IMG/VR virus record: IMGVR_UViG_3300044977_000123 | Span: 1-64,000 of that record | DNA length: 64,000 nt | Source of the DNA: a virus | Direction: 5' to 3' (one strand) | Shown here: positions 41,017 to 51,133 of the stretch, piece after piece | Numbering within the stretch: position 1 is the stretch's first letter | How the letters are laid out: every line of letters starts with the position of its first letter | Program-made: the position numbers and the translations under genes | Notes under the pieces: generated by a model | Database searches by the model: none | Told to the model about the DNA's origin: nothing | The model's input: only the letters and a program-made list of their open reading frames with translations

Positions 41017-42396
41017 TCAGCCGGCGATGGCCAGCTCGGTGCGTGTGCGGTGAAGGAGGTCCTGGACGGGGATCTCGGCCTTCCAGCGCCTCAGGGCGGC
41101 GGTGTAGTCCCGCACATAGTCCAGGGCGCGCGTGGACTGCACCCGCGACAGGATGTCGACGGCCCGATGCCCCATGTCCAGCCCCTCGTCGAGACGTCCG
41201 GCCTGCAGGTGCGCGGAGCCTACGATAGCGAACCGCATCCCCACCGACCGCGTGAAAACATCGGCCGACATGGTGGCCGCACGGTCGTTCCAAGCAAGCG
41301 CCTCGGCAGGCCGGTGCAGGTCGCGGAACACCTCGGTCGTGTCGGCGGACATTCGGGCATGGGTCATGTAGCTGATCCACGCGGGCTCACCGTCGGGATG
41401 CTCCTCGGCCCGATCCAGCAGCTGCTCGCACTGCGCGACCGCTTTCGCCGCCGCGCGGGCGTCGCCGGCCCGGCCATGCGCACGGGCCTCGATCAGCCGC
41501 GTGAACGCCAGTACACGCGGTGCCGCCGTCCCCTGCGCCCGCTCGTAGGCGCCCTGGGCCATGTCAACAGCCTCCGCCGCATAGCCGCGCAACAGAGTCT
41601 GCAGCGCCATCGTCGTCAGGACATAGCCGCCCAGCTCCACATTCCCGCCAGCCCGCGCCAGAGCCAGGGCCTGGATGAAATGCCGCTGGGCGACATCGTG
41701 ATGGCCGACGTCCACAGCTGACCAGGCCGCCATCCGGGACAGCTCCGCGGTCACCGCGAACAGTTCCCCGCCGATGTCGTCGCTGTACGAGCCGTGGAGC
41801 AGCGGCGCGGCTCGGCGCTGCAGGCAGTCGGTGATCGCGCTGGCCTTCCAGTTCCCGCCGCCGTACTTGGAGTCCCAGGCGCGGGCGTCGTCCGCTGCCT
41901 GCCACAGCTCGTCGAGGTCTGCGCGGCCCACGCGGGCCCCGTCGCGGCGGGCAGTGGCTGCGGCGGCCGGCGTGACGAGCCAGCGGGTGACGGGGGTGGT
42001 GAAGGCGGCGATGGCGAAGGTCTGGCCGAGGAGTTGACGGCGGTTCACGGCGCTCCAGAAGGTGCAGGCGACGCGGACGGCGTCGGCGGGGTCCCTGGAG
42101 AAACTCAACCCCATGTCGGTGCTCGCAGCGGGGAGGCTGACCATGCCGATTTCGGTGACGGTGACCGGCCGGGAGAGTCGTTCACTGAGCGCGACGGCGA
42201 TCAGCGACGGTACCGGGTGGCGCGGCACCATGCCGTAATCCGCCCAGTTGGTGACACTCGTGTACGTGTAGCGCAGGGTCAGGCCCTGCCGCCGGCCGAG
42301 GTGGTTGACCTGCTGGGCCAGCCATGTGCGGCTGGTCTTGCTGGCCTCCAGGAGGCGCTGTAGATCCTGGTTGGGTCCTCGTTGTGCTCGTGCCAT
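41017..42396 (-). CDS. HTH-TPR transcriptional regulator (NsdA-like)
   Basis: GPN..L..LL, LA..VN, LRY...SV..W, SKYGGG, AELSRMAAW.A.D.G....AQRHF.QAL.LA. Confidence 0.85.
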   Translation of the reverse strand: MARAQRGPNQDLQRLLEASKTSRTWLAQQVNHLGRRQGLTLRYTYTSVTNWADYGMVPRHPVPSLIAVALSERLSRPVTVTEIGMVSLPAASTDMGLSFSRDPADAVRVACTFWSAVNRRQLLGQTFAIAAFTTPVTRWLVTPAAAATARRDGARVGRADLDELWQAADDARAWDSKYGGGNWKASAITDCLQRRAAPLLHGSYSDDIGGELFAVTAELSRMAAWSAVDVGHHDVAQRHFIQALALARAGGNVELGGYVLTTMALQTLLRGYAAEAVDMAQGAYERAQGTAAPRVLAFTRLIEARAHGRAGDARAAAKAVAQCEQLLDRAEEHPDGEPAWISYMTHARMSADTTEVFRDLHRPAEALAWNDRAATMSADVFTRSVGMRFAIVGSAHLQAGRLDEGLDMGHRAVDILSRVQSTRALDYVRDYTAALRRWKAEIPVQDLLHRTRTELAIAG

Positions 42397-42594
42397 TGCC
42401 GACCTCCGGGGCCGCACTTTCGGGCTACCGAGCGTAGGCCAATCCGTGGGCGCGCGTGCGGGGTCTGCGAGGAGTTTGCCCCCGTGTTTGCGTGTCCCCA
42501 GGTTACGGGTCGGCGGTTTCCTGATGGTCCGACCGGCTCCCGTACCGTGCTCCAGCCGGCCGCCTCACATCACTTCCAGAGGAGATCACGGCTG

Positions 42595-43599
42595 ATGGAA
42601 AACGTACTGGTCACGGGTGGTGCCGGGTTCATCGGCTCGCACTTCGTCAAGCAGCTGCTGCGAGCCGACGACGTCGCCACCGTGACGGTCCTCGACGCCC
42701 TCACCTACGCCGGACACATCCACAACCTCGGCGAGGCCTTCCTGTCGCCGAAGCTCGCCTTCGTCGAGGGCAACATCCTTGACCGGCCGCTCGTCGAGCA
42801 GCTCGTCGCCCGGCACGACAGCGTGGTGCACTTCGCCGCCGAGTCCCACGTCGACCGCAGCTTCTACGCGGCAGGGACGTTCCTCGCCACCAACGTGCTC
42901 GGCACCCAGGTCCTCCTGGACGCGGCCCAGCGCCACGGCGTCGAGCGCTTCGTCCACGTCTCCACCGACGAGGTCTACGGCCCGCTCCTCACCGGGTCGG
43001 CCGCCGAGGACGCCCCGCTGCGCCCCTCCGTGCCGTACGCCGCATCCAAGGCCGCCTCCGACCTGATCGCACTGTCGTACTGGCAGACCTACGGCGTGCC
43101 GGTGTGCGTCACCCGCTCGTCCAACAACTACGGGCCGAACCAGCACCCCGAGAAAATCATCCCGCTGTTCGCGACACGGCTCCTCAAAGGCGAGCCCGTC
43201 ACCCTCCACGGCCAGGGCCAGCACATCAGGAACTGGGTGCACGTCACCGACAACTGCGCCGGCATCGAACTCGTCCTGCGCGACGGCATCCCCGGCGAGG
43301 CCTACAACCTGGGCGGCGGCACCGATCTGACGAGCCGCGAACTCACCGCGCTGATCCTCGACGCCTGCGGAGCCGACTGGGACCAGGTGACCTACATCCC
43401 GGACCGGCCCGCGAACGACGTGCGCTACTCCATGGACTGGTGCAAAGCCGCCGCTCTCGGCTACAAGCCAACCCAGGACCTGCAGGAGGGGCTGGCGCAG
43501 ACCGTGGAGTGGTACCGCGCGCACCCGGACCGTTGGGCGCCCCAACTGCGCAAGCCCGGCGCACAGCTCCAGCTGTCCGCTCCGACCCCAGGAAGGTGA
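42595..43599 (+). CDS. rmlB: dTDP-glucose 4,6-dehydratase
   Basis: TGGAGFIGS, DALTYAG, HFAAESHVDRS, STDEVYG, YAASK, SNNYGP.QHPEK. Confidence 0.93.
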   Translation: MENVLVTGGAGFIGSHFVKQLLRADDVATVTVLDALTYAGHIHNLGEAFLSPKLAFVEGNILDRPLVEQLVARHDSVVHFAAESHVDRSFYAAGTFLATNVLGTQVLLDAAQRHGVERFVHVSTDEVYGPLLTGSAAEDAPLRPSVPYAASKAASDLIALSYWQTYGVPVCVTRSSNNYGPNQHPEKIIPLFATRLLKGEPVTLHGQGQHIRNWVHVTDNCAGIELVLRDGIPGEAYNLGGGTDLTSRELTALILDACGADWDQVTYIPDRPANDVRYSMDWCKAAALGYKPTQDLQEGLAQTVEWYRAHPDRWAPQLRKPGAQLQLSAPTPGR

Positions 43600-43604
43600 C
43601 GACG

Positions 43605-44741
43605 ATGAACGCAGCAACCAGTCAGGCAGCCGTCAACGCCAAGCCCTTCATCCACGGCCCGGAGGCCGATGCGGTGGCCGCAGTGCTGGCCGAGGGCCAG
43701 TACGGGCACAGTCGGGAGACGGAACGGTTCGAGCAGGAGCTCGCCCGGTTCCTCCAGGTGCCCGACGTCGTCGCGGTGACCTCGGGCACCGACGCCCTCC
43801 ACATCGCGCTCCTCGCGGCAGGCGTCCGGCCGGGCGACGAGGTCGTCGTGCCCTCGATGACGTTCTGTGCGAGCGTGCAGGCGATCCTGATGTGCGGCGC
43901 GGTCCCGCGCTTCGCCGACGTCGACCCCGACGCCCTGTGCGTGACCTCCCGCACCGTCACCGAGGCGATCACCCCGGCCACCAGGGCGGTCATGCCCGTG
44001 CTGTACGGCGGTCGCGCCGTTGACTTGGGCGACATCGCCGACACCCTGACCGACCGGGGCATCGTGATCGTCGAGGACGCCGCGCAAGCGTTCGGCTCCC
44101 GCTGCGGCCCCGTGCGGGTCGGCGGCCGCCCGCAGGTGACGACGTGCTTCAGCTTCGGCCCGATCAAGCAGCTCACCTGCGGCCAGGGCGGCGCGATCGT
44201 GCCCCGCACCGAGCAGGAGGCGGCTACGGTCCGGAGCCTGCGCCTGCTCGGCATTGTCCAGCCCCAGGGCGAACGCCTGCGGACCACGACCTACACGGTC
44301 GAGCAGGCTGGCCTGCGGGCCCCACTGTCCGGCATCAACGCGGCGATCGGCCGCGTCCAGCTGGCCCGGTTCGCGGAGCTGGAGGCCAAGCGCAGGAACC
44401 TGTGGCGCGCCTACGCTGCCCGACTGACCGAGGTGGACGGCGTCGCCCTGGTGGACGTGGACATCGACCGCACGGTGCCGTTCAACTGCGTGGTCCGCGT
44501 CCCGGACCGCGACACCGTCTTCGGGTACATGCGCGACCGGGGCATCGGCGTCGGGGTCCACTACCCGCCGAACCACCTGCAGCCCGCATTCGCCCGCTGG
44601 CACCGGCCCCTGCCCGTGACCGAGACCATCGCCGAGGAGATCATGAGCCTGCCGTTCCACCCCGCCATGGACGAGACCGACACCCAGTCGGTGGTCTCGG
44701 CACTCGCCGACGCACTGCACCACACCGGGGCCGGCCGATGA
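43605..44741 (+). CDS. DegT/DnrJ/EryC1/StrS sugar aminotransferase
   Basis: SGTDALH, EDAAQAFG, FSFGPIKQL..GQGG (PLP Lys), GVHYPP, SLPFHP. Confidence 0.92.
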   Translation: MNAATSQAAVNAKPFIHGPEADAVAAVLAEGQYGHSRETERFEQELARFLQVPDVVAVTSGTDALHIALLAAGVRPGDEVVVPSMTFCASVQAILMCGAVPRFADVDPDALCVTSRTVTEAITPATRAVMPVLYGGRAVDLGDIADTLTDRGIVIVEDAAQAFGSRCGPVRVGGRPQVTTCFSFGPIKQLTCGQGGAIVPRTEQEAATVRSLRLLGIVQPQGERLRTTTYTVEQAGLRAPLSGINAAIGRVQLARFAELEAKRRNLWRAYAARLTEVDGVALVDVDIDRTVPFNCVVRVPDRDTVFGYMRDRGIGVGVHYPPNHLQPAFARWHRPLPVTETIAEEIMSLPFHPAMDETDTQSVVSALADALHHTGAGR

Positions 44742-45379
44742 GACTCGCAGCCGTACTCGGCAAAGGCACCCTCGCAGCCCACGCCTGCGACGTCATCGCC
44801 GCAATGCCCGACACCGTCCTGGACACCGTGGTCCCGAGCGCAGACGAGCCCGACTGGGACATGCGCCTGTCCGACCACGTGGCCGCACGCTGGCCCGACA
44901 TCCGCATCGTGCACTCCGGGGACTGGCGCGAACTGGAGCCGGGTCGCTGCGGCTTGGTGTTCAGCGTCCTGTACGACCGGATCATCGGCCGCAGCCTCAT
45001 CGACGCCACCGAGCAGATCATCAACTGTCACCCGGGCCGACTGCCCCAGTACCGGGGCGCTCGCCCCGTGAACTGGGCGCTGCACAACGGCGAGCAGCTG
45101 CACGGCATCACGATCCACTCCATCGACCCCGGCATCGACTCCGGGCCGGTCCTCGCCGAAGCCCTGTTCTCGATCTGGCCGGACATCGACGAGGTCCAGG
45201 ATGTGTGGCAGCGGTCCATGGAGCACGGACGGCTCCTCATCTCGGACACGCTGCCCAGGCTCGACCGCATCGTGCCCCGCCCCCAGGACGGGACGCAGGC
45301 CGTAACCCACTACATGCGGGACAACGGCCTGCTCGGCGACCGCAGCGACTGGACCAGGTCCCTCTCCACCGGCCGCTGA
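44738..45379 (+). CDS. N10-formyl-THF-dependent (sugar) N-formyltransferase
   Basis: INCHPGRLPQYRG..P, GITIH.ID.GIDSG. Confidence 0.88.
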   Translation: MRLAAVLGKGTLAAHACDVIAAMPDTVLDTVVPSADEPDWDMRLSDHVAARWPDIRIVHSGDWRELEPGRCGLVFSVLYDRIIGRSLIDATEQIINCHPGRLPQYRGARPVNWALHNGEQLHGITIHSIDPGIDSGPVLAEALFSIWPDIDEVQDVWQRSMEHGRLLISDTLPRLDRIVPRPQDGTQAVTHYMRDNGLLGDRSDWTRSLSTGR

Positions 45380-45386
45380 CTGATCC

Positions 45387-46553
45387 TCACCGGATTGCGG
45401 CGTCCAGCAGGACATCGACGAGCCGGTCCGCCGCATCGGGCCGCCCCTGCGACCGAGCCCGCTCCGCCATGACGGTGCGGCGCTCCGGCTCGGCCAGCAG
45501 CGGCGCCAGTGCAGCCCGCAGGACGTCCCCGTTCACCTCCCCGAGCAGCGCGATCGCAGCGCCTGCCCGGTGGAGGTGCTCCGCGTTGTGGGTCTGCTCG
45601 TTGCCCGCAGAGCTGGCGAGGGGAATCAGGACGGCGGCCTTGCCGAGCGCGGTCAGTTCGGCGATCGTGCCCGCACCGCTGCGCGACACCACCACATCGG
45701 CCAGCGCCAGGACATCAGGGAGCTCCGGGCCGACATAGCCCGTGAGCAGGTACCGCGACGCCAGGCCCGGCGCCAGGCTGCTTGTGCGGTCGCGCAGGCC
45801 GGCCAGGTTGCCCGGCCCGCACTGGTGGACGACATTCGCCTGTGCGAGGAGCCACGGCAGGATGCTGCTCACGAGCGTGTTGATCTGCTGCGACCCCTGG
45901 GCGCCACCAGTGACGTAGACCGTAGGCAGCGACAGGTTGAACCCGTACAGGCCCAATGCCTCGACCGCCTTGCCGGGCCGGCCGGTGAAGACCTCCGGCC
46001 GCACCGGGTTCCCCGTGACGACTGCGCTGGCGCGTACGGACTCCGTGAGCAGCGCCAGTGTCGACTCGGAGGAGACCGCGACTCTGGTGGCGACACGCGT
46101 CAGTGCCCGGTTCGCCAGACCCAGGCGGACAGTCTGCTCGTGAATGACGAGCGGCACCCGGCACATCCTTGCGGCCAGCCCGATCGGGACGGCAACGTAC
46201 CCGCCGGTGGCGAGTATGACGTCCGGCTTGAACGCGGCGACGATCGAGCGGGCCTGGGCGACACCCAGCGGCACCCGGCCCATGTCCTTGACGTTCGCTG
46301 GCGAGGCGAGCTTCAGTGGGTTGCTGGACCGTCGGATCTTGCCCGTGGCGACCGGGGCGAAGCGGATGCCCTCTGCTGCGGCGACGCGGGACTCCAGGCT
46401 GTTGGCGACGCCCACCCATAGGACGTCCACGGGCCTGCCTTCGGCGGCGAGTCGGCCTTGGAGGGCTCGTACGGCTGTGAGTGCCGGGTAGGTGTGGCCG
46501 CCGGTGCCGCCGCCGGTGACGATCAAGCGGAAGGTCCGCGAGTCAAGGTTCAC
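45387..46553 (-). CDS. MurG-like GT28 glycosyltransferase
   Basis: TGGGTGGH.YP, GGYV, HEQ, TGNPVR, GGAQGS..IN, SRSGAGTIAEL, EQ.HNA. Confidence 0.88.
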   Translation of the reverse strand: MNLDSRTFRLIVTGGGTGGHTYPALTAVRALQGRLAAEGRPVDVLWVGVANSLESRVAAAEGIRFAPVATGKIRRSSNPLKLASPANVKDMGRVPLGVAQARSIVAAFKPDVILATGGYVAVPIGLAARMCRVPLVIHEQTVRLGLANRALTRVATRVAVSSESTLALLTESVRASAVVTGNPVRPEVFTGRPGKAVEALGLYGFNLSLPTVYVTGGAQGSQQINTLVSSILPWLLAQANVVHQCGPGNLAGLRDRTSSLAPGLASRYLLTGYVGPELPDVLALADVVVSRSGAGTIAELTALGKAAVLIPLASSAGNEQTHNAEHLHRAGAAIALLGEVNGDVLRAALAPLLAEPERRTVMAERARSQGRPDAADRLVDVLLDAAIR

Positions 46554-46816
46554 GAGGACACGCTAGCGGGACGCGCGACGGCTATTCGCGATAGACGCGG
46601 ACCCGCAGGCCCGGCATGATGCGCCGCACCAACATCGACAGAGGGGGCGGAGTGAGCAAGCGCGACTCGATCTGGGACTGAGCAGCATCCGGGCGTCCGC
46701 CACCTGGGACTGAGGTGGCGGGCGCTTCTGCATGCCACGGTCCGCCTGGATCCGCGCGCACGTTCAGCCGGACAGTTCCTGACAGTCCCGGACGGCGGCG
46801 GGTGCATCCTGGTGCG

Positions 46817-47137
46817 ATGAGCGAGCAGCCCGACCGCGACGAGGCCACCGGCCACACCTACCGCGACAAGGTCAACGCGCCGCTGCGCCCCGAGACCATT
46901 GCGGCGCTGAACGAGCGGCTCGCCAGCGGCGACTACCCGGTGACGCTGATCGGCTGCGAGGCCGCGGGCTTCACCGCCCCGCCGGGCCGCATCGAGATCA
47001 TCTATGCCACGCGTGCGACGACGTACGCGCAGGAGGTGCTCGCCGAACTCGGCATCCACGCGCCGACCAGCGAGACTGAACTGGATGCGCTGATCGAGCG
47101 GGTGTCCCGGCTCATTCAGGACGCCGCCGAGGACTGA
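46817..47137 (+). CDS. hypothetical protein
   Basis: GC3-biased ORF. Confidence 0.55.
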   Translation: MSEQPDRDEATGHTYRDKVNAPLRPETIAALNERLASGDYPVTLIGCEAAGFTAPPGRIEIIYATRATTYAQEVLAELGIHAPTSETELDALIERVSRLIQDAAED

Positions 47138-47146
47138 GCATGGCGA

Positions 47147-47173
47147 AGGCCCCGACCGGGATGGCCGGGGCCT
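47147..47173. terminator. hairpin between convergent genes
   Basis: AGGCCCCG...CGGGGCCT. Confidence 0.5.
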
Positions 47174-47186
47174 CACACATGCCCGG

Positions 47187-47851
47187 CTACAGCTTCGCCA
47201 ACGGCGACCGCTGCCCTTTCCCGAGCCCGCGCAGTTCCTCCCAGTCGACGGTCTTCCGCCGGCGCGGGATCGCGTCGACGTCCCCGCTGCGTCGTAGATC
47301 GGCACGTCGACCGCGCCCGCCTTCGACGTCCCGAACTGGACTTCCCACGAGTCCACTGCCTTGACCCAGCCCAGGCGCACCACGTGATCGAAGTCCGCGC
47401 GCCGGATGCCGAGGCGGACGGCTGCCTGCTCTGGCCCCAGAGGCGTCTCCTGCGCGACGAGCCCGGCCACGCCTTTGCGGCGGCACAGGCGCTCGACCTG
47501 CATGGGGTGGAGCAGCGTCGGACTGGAGCCGAGCCGGGTCAGCAGCCCGCGACGGACGAACCGTTCGACCGTCCACGCCTTGACAATCATCGGCCCGTTC
47601 GGCGGATTCGGAGTTCCGAGAGCCGCAGCAATCAGGCCGGCTGCGTGGTGGGTGCCGACCGGCTGCGGTAGCGCCCGCGCGATCTTCTCGGCGTTCATGG
47701 CCTCGACGGTGGCGCGCAGCCACGTCGTCTCGGAGGCGTCTGGTGGCGGGATGAGCTTCGCGTGCCGGGCCCACGTGAACTGGGCGTCGGTGACGTGCAG
47801 CAGCTTCGCTGCCTGGAACGGGTGGTACTCGGCGAGACGGCCGCGCGGCAT
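47187..47851 (-). pseudogene. repeated-HTH hypothetical protein with apparent frameshift near 47285
   Basis: RBS AAGGAG; protein-like to VPIYDAA, continues as DVDAIP..VDWEELR..SPLAKL in another frame. Confidence 0.55.
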
Positions 47852-48027
47852 GGCTGCTCCTTCGGTCGGGGTGCTGCCGAAGGTGACACAAGATCTTAAA
47901 GTATGTCAATACGGTTCAGATGATGATGAATTGGACACGTACACCCCTACTGCGGGCGCGCGGAAACGGGGCGAGACACAGCGATGCCCGGCCCGAGACT
48001 TGCGGGCCGGGCATTGGAGAGGGTGGG

Positions 48028-48342
48028 CTACTCGGCGGCAGGCTCGGCGGCGGGCTTCTTGCGCGGCCTGGTGCCCCAGGCTCCGGTGTGGCCGCGCTCG
48101 ATGTCTTGGACGGTTCCAAGTGAGACGCCGAGTTGCGCGGCGATCTTCCGGTAGGACACGCCTTGTCCGCGCAGCTCCAGTACGACGTTGCGGCGCAGCT
48201 CTCGCAGACGCGGGGCCCGTTCGGCTTGATCGGCGAGCACCTGACTGATGGCGAGCGCGCGTAGATGCGGGTCCGGCATGGCTTCCAGCTCGGACAAGGC
48301 GTCAAACACCCGTCGTGCCTCCTCAGTTACGTCTCTGGTCAC
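48028..48342 (-). CDS. HTH regulator (divergent from the transfer operon)
   Basis: LRGQGVSYRKIAAQLGVSLGTVQDIERG. Confidence 0.75.
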   Translation of the reverse strand: MTRDVTEEARRVFDALSELEAMPDPHLRALAISQVLADQAERAPRLRELRRNVVLELRGQGVSYRKIAAQLGVSLGTVQDIERGHTGAWGTRPRKKPAAEPAAE

Positions 48343-48513
48343 GCCCGGACCCCTTTCACGGGCGAGCCACTTCCCATGAGCGTATGGCATGGCATACAGT
48401 CAGTGGAAGGTAGCCCGCGCTACCAACGCAAAATGGCCCGGGCCGGCGCTCGCAACGCCACATGGCCCGGGCCAGACCCACCTCTCGCCGCTAAGCCTTC
48501 GAGGAGAGTCCAA

Positions 48514-50126
48514 GTGCAGAGTACCCAGCACGTCCCCGCCAGCACAGATGCCCCGCGTGTCCCGCTGCGTCGCCGGATCCCCGGCGCGACGCTCGCCAAG
48601 CCCGGCCCGCGCCCGACGCCGCCGCAGCAGCGCCTCACCGCCCGGCCGATCCCCCGCGACCTGTGGGACGAGCACCACGCCTTCCGCGCGTTCGGCGACC
48701 CGGCATGACCGAGCAGACTCTCCCGGGCCAGCTCAGCATCGACGACGCCCTCGCCCCGCCCTACGCGGTGGCCCGAGCCGAGGCAACGGACCGGAGCGAC
48801 CGGCTCAACGGCCGCATCCCGACCGCGCCCTGGCATGCGGCCAGCATGAACCGGGCGCAGGTCACCGCCGCGCTCGCCAGCAGCGAGGACGATGCGCTGT
48901 GACCGCCGACAGCACCCACACCAACACTCGCGAGCAGGCCAACGACGAGCCGCGCGAGCGGACCGAGCCGACGGCCGACAGTGCCATCATCATCGCCGCG
49001 TTCGCCGCTGCTCTCCGCGCCTACGCCGACGCCGCGAACACCCCCGGCGTGGCCCCCGACATCCGCCTCAACGTCCAGAACCCCAGCCGATGGGACCCGT
49101 TCCCGATCGCCGACGTACTCCTCGACACCGGAGCCCTGGCGACGCTCACCGCACGCCTCGCCGTCCTCACCCGGCAAGCCGAACGCGCCCGCACGCAGCA
49201 GGCGTAACCCCCAGACGACCGGGCCCGCCGCCGTTCCCCCACGGGGCGCGGGTCCGGTCACCCACCCCGGCCGGGACCGAGGGTCACACCGGTCCCGGCC
49301 GGCACCAACCAAGGAAGGACCGCCATGCGCCCGTTCAAGGAGACCGCCGCCAAGGCCATCGACGCGACCGCATCCGCACTCCACAGCGTTGGCGCGACCG
49401 TCTACGGCCAGACCAGCAGCGAAGCCGCAGACGCCCTCGCCAACACGTTCCTCGCACCCATCCGAAGCCGCGTCGACACCAGCTGCGACTGCGACACCTA
49501 CGGCCGCCCCAACCATTGACCCCGCGACACCAACCGGAAGTGAGTGCCATGAAGCGCCTCGGCCCCACATGGACCGTCACCTGGCCCACTCGACCGTCCG
49601 GCCTGTACACGGAGATGGTCCATGCCGCCGATGCGACCGATGCGGTCCGTGTCGCCTCCGAGCATCCCTGGCCGACGGCGCCCGGCTCCACCGTCGCGTT
49701 CGACTACGCGCCGTCGGTCTGGCGCGTCCGGCGCCCGTACCGGTGGCGCTCCCGCCATGTCCAGGGGCCGATGTTTCCCGACGCGATCTTGGGCCTCGTT
49801 GCCTTCACGCCGCTGCCGGAAGGGGCCTGACCGTGCACGCCTACCTGATCACCGCGTCGCCGACCTGGCGCCAGCGGATGCTGCGCCTCGCCGGCCGAAT
49901 CGCAGCCCGCACGCTGATCACCGCCGCGATGCTGCTCCTCGGCCTGATCGTGCTCGGGCTGCGGGCCAGCCGCGCCCTGCTCAACCTCACCGCGACCGTC
50001 GCCGCCCGAGCCGAATTCGCCGCCGCGGACTGGGCCGGGACGCTGCCGTTCGGCGCCGTCATCGGACGCGGCGTCGCCGAGGCCTTCACCGAAGAGTTCA
50101 ACGACGCCTACCAGGCCGCGGCCTGA
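48514..50126 (+). other. small AICE/plasmid-type genes: 48514-48708, 48705-48902, 48899-49207, 49325-49519, 49549-49830, 49833-50126
   Basis: RBSs and coupling; upstream of spd/tra genes. Confidence 0.5.
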
Positions 50127-50136
50127 CCGCTAGGAG

Positions 50137-51132
50137 ATGTCCACCTTGACCGAGCAGACGCTCACCCCGGCCAGCGACGAGCTGCGGCACTTCCTGCCGT
50201 GGCTCAACGACGCCGCGCCCACGGGTGTCGCCGAGGCCCCGGCCAAGCCCGCTCTCGCGGTCGTCGCATCGCAGACACCGGAGGAACTCGCGGAACAGCA
50301 GCGCGTCGCGCTGGAGGCCAAGGAGGCCGCAGAGAAGCAGGCCGAGAAGAAGCGCCTGCGCCGCAACACCCGGATGGGCATGGGCGCCATCATCCTGATC
50401 TCCGCCGTCATCACCTACGTCGGCAGCACCAACGCCCACGACCTCCTGATCCGTCACCACACCTCGACCGTCGCCGCGTGGCTGCTCTACCCGGCCCTCG
50501 AAGCCGGCCTCGTCGTGGAGATCCAGATTGGTGGTCTCCTCGCCGAGTACAACCGCAGCGTCCGCTTCTGGGGCGCTGCGTTGCGCGTCGTCACCGCCGC
50601 CTCCGCGCTCACTCTCAGTGCTGCCGGGCCGGCCGAGCTCGGCGACTGGTTCGGGGCGATGTACCACGCCCTCGGGCCCATCGGACAGTTCTTCTTCGCC
50701 GAGTTCCTCGCCCACGCCCGGCCCGAGTTCCGGGGTGCGGCCGATGACATCGAGGAGCGGACGAGTGCCCATCCGCGACCCGTTCAGTCCGCGGCGGACC
50801 GTCACGTGAAGGCGACCCGTAAGCGGACGGCAAAGCGTCCGTCCGCGCCCGGACGAGTCGCGGACGGACGGACGAAGCGCACGGACGAGACACCCGCGAC
50901 GCCGGCCGAGCCAATCGCCGTCCCGGACGACGACGATCTCCTCGTCCGCGCCCATGCCGCGGCGGACGAGCTGGAGCGGACGGACCAACGGCTGAACCGG
51001 GACAACCTCGTCCGGGCCATTCGTGCTGGTGGCGGCACGATCCAGAACAAGGACGCCGGACGGCTCCTCGCCCAGCTACGCAACGAGCGCGGCGGACCGG
51101 ACCTCCGGTCGGTCCGCGAGAAGGGAGCCTGA
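50137..51132 (+). CDS. Spd-like multi-TM membrane protein
   Basis: about 4 TM segments, basic C-terminal region; directly upstream of traB. Confidence 0.65.
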   Translation: MSTLTEQTLTPASDELRHFLPWLNDAAPTGVAEAPAKPALAVVASQTPEELAEQQRVALEAKEAAEKQAEKKRLRRNTRMGMGAIILISAVITYVGSTNAHDLLIRHHTSTVAAWLLYPALEAGLVVEIQIGGLLAEYNRSVRFWGAALRVVTAASALTLSAAGPAELGDWFGAMYHALGPIGQFFFAEFLAHARPEFRGAADDIEERTSAHPRPVQSAADRHVKATRKRTAKRPSAPGRVADGRTKRTDETPATPAEPIAVPDDDDLLVRAHAAADELERTDQRLNRDNLVRAIRAGGGTIQNKDAGRLLAQLRNERGGPDLRSVREKGA

Positions 51133-51133
51133 G

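Noticed and set aside
40104-41017. Integrase or att site next to the repressor/Xis pair
   Set aside because: No tyrosine or serine recombinase motifs and no att-like repeat recognised in the window.
45387-46553. Housekeeping murG / dcw cluster
   Set aside because: No ftsW, murC/D or ftsQ neighbours; mobile-element context, so no gene symbol is given.
42595-46553. Phage DNA hypermodification pathway
   Set aside because: No hydroxymethylase, TET/JBP or base-modifying enzyme is seen, and the GT is MurG-like. Not excluded if such genes lie outside the window.
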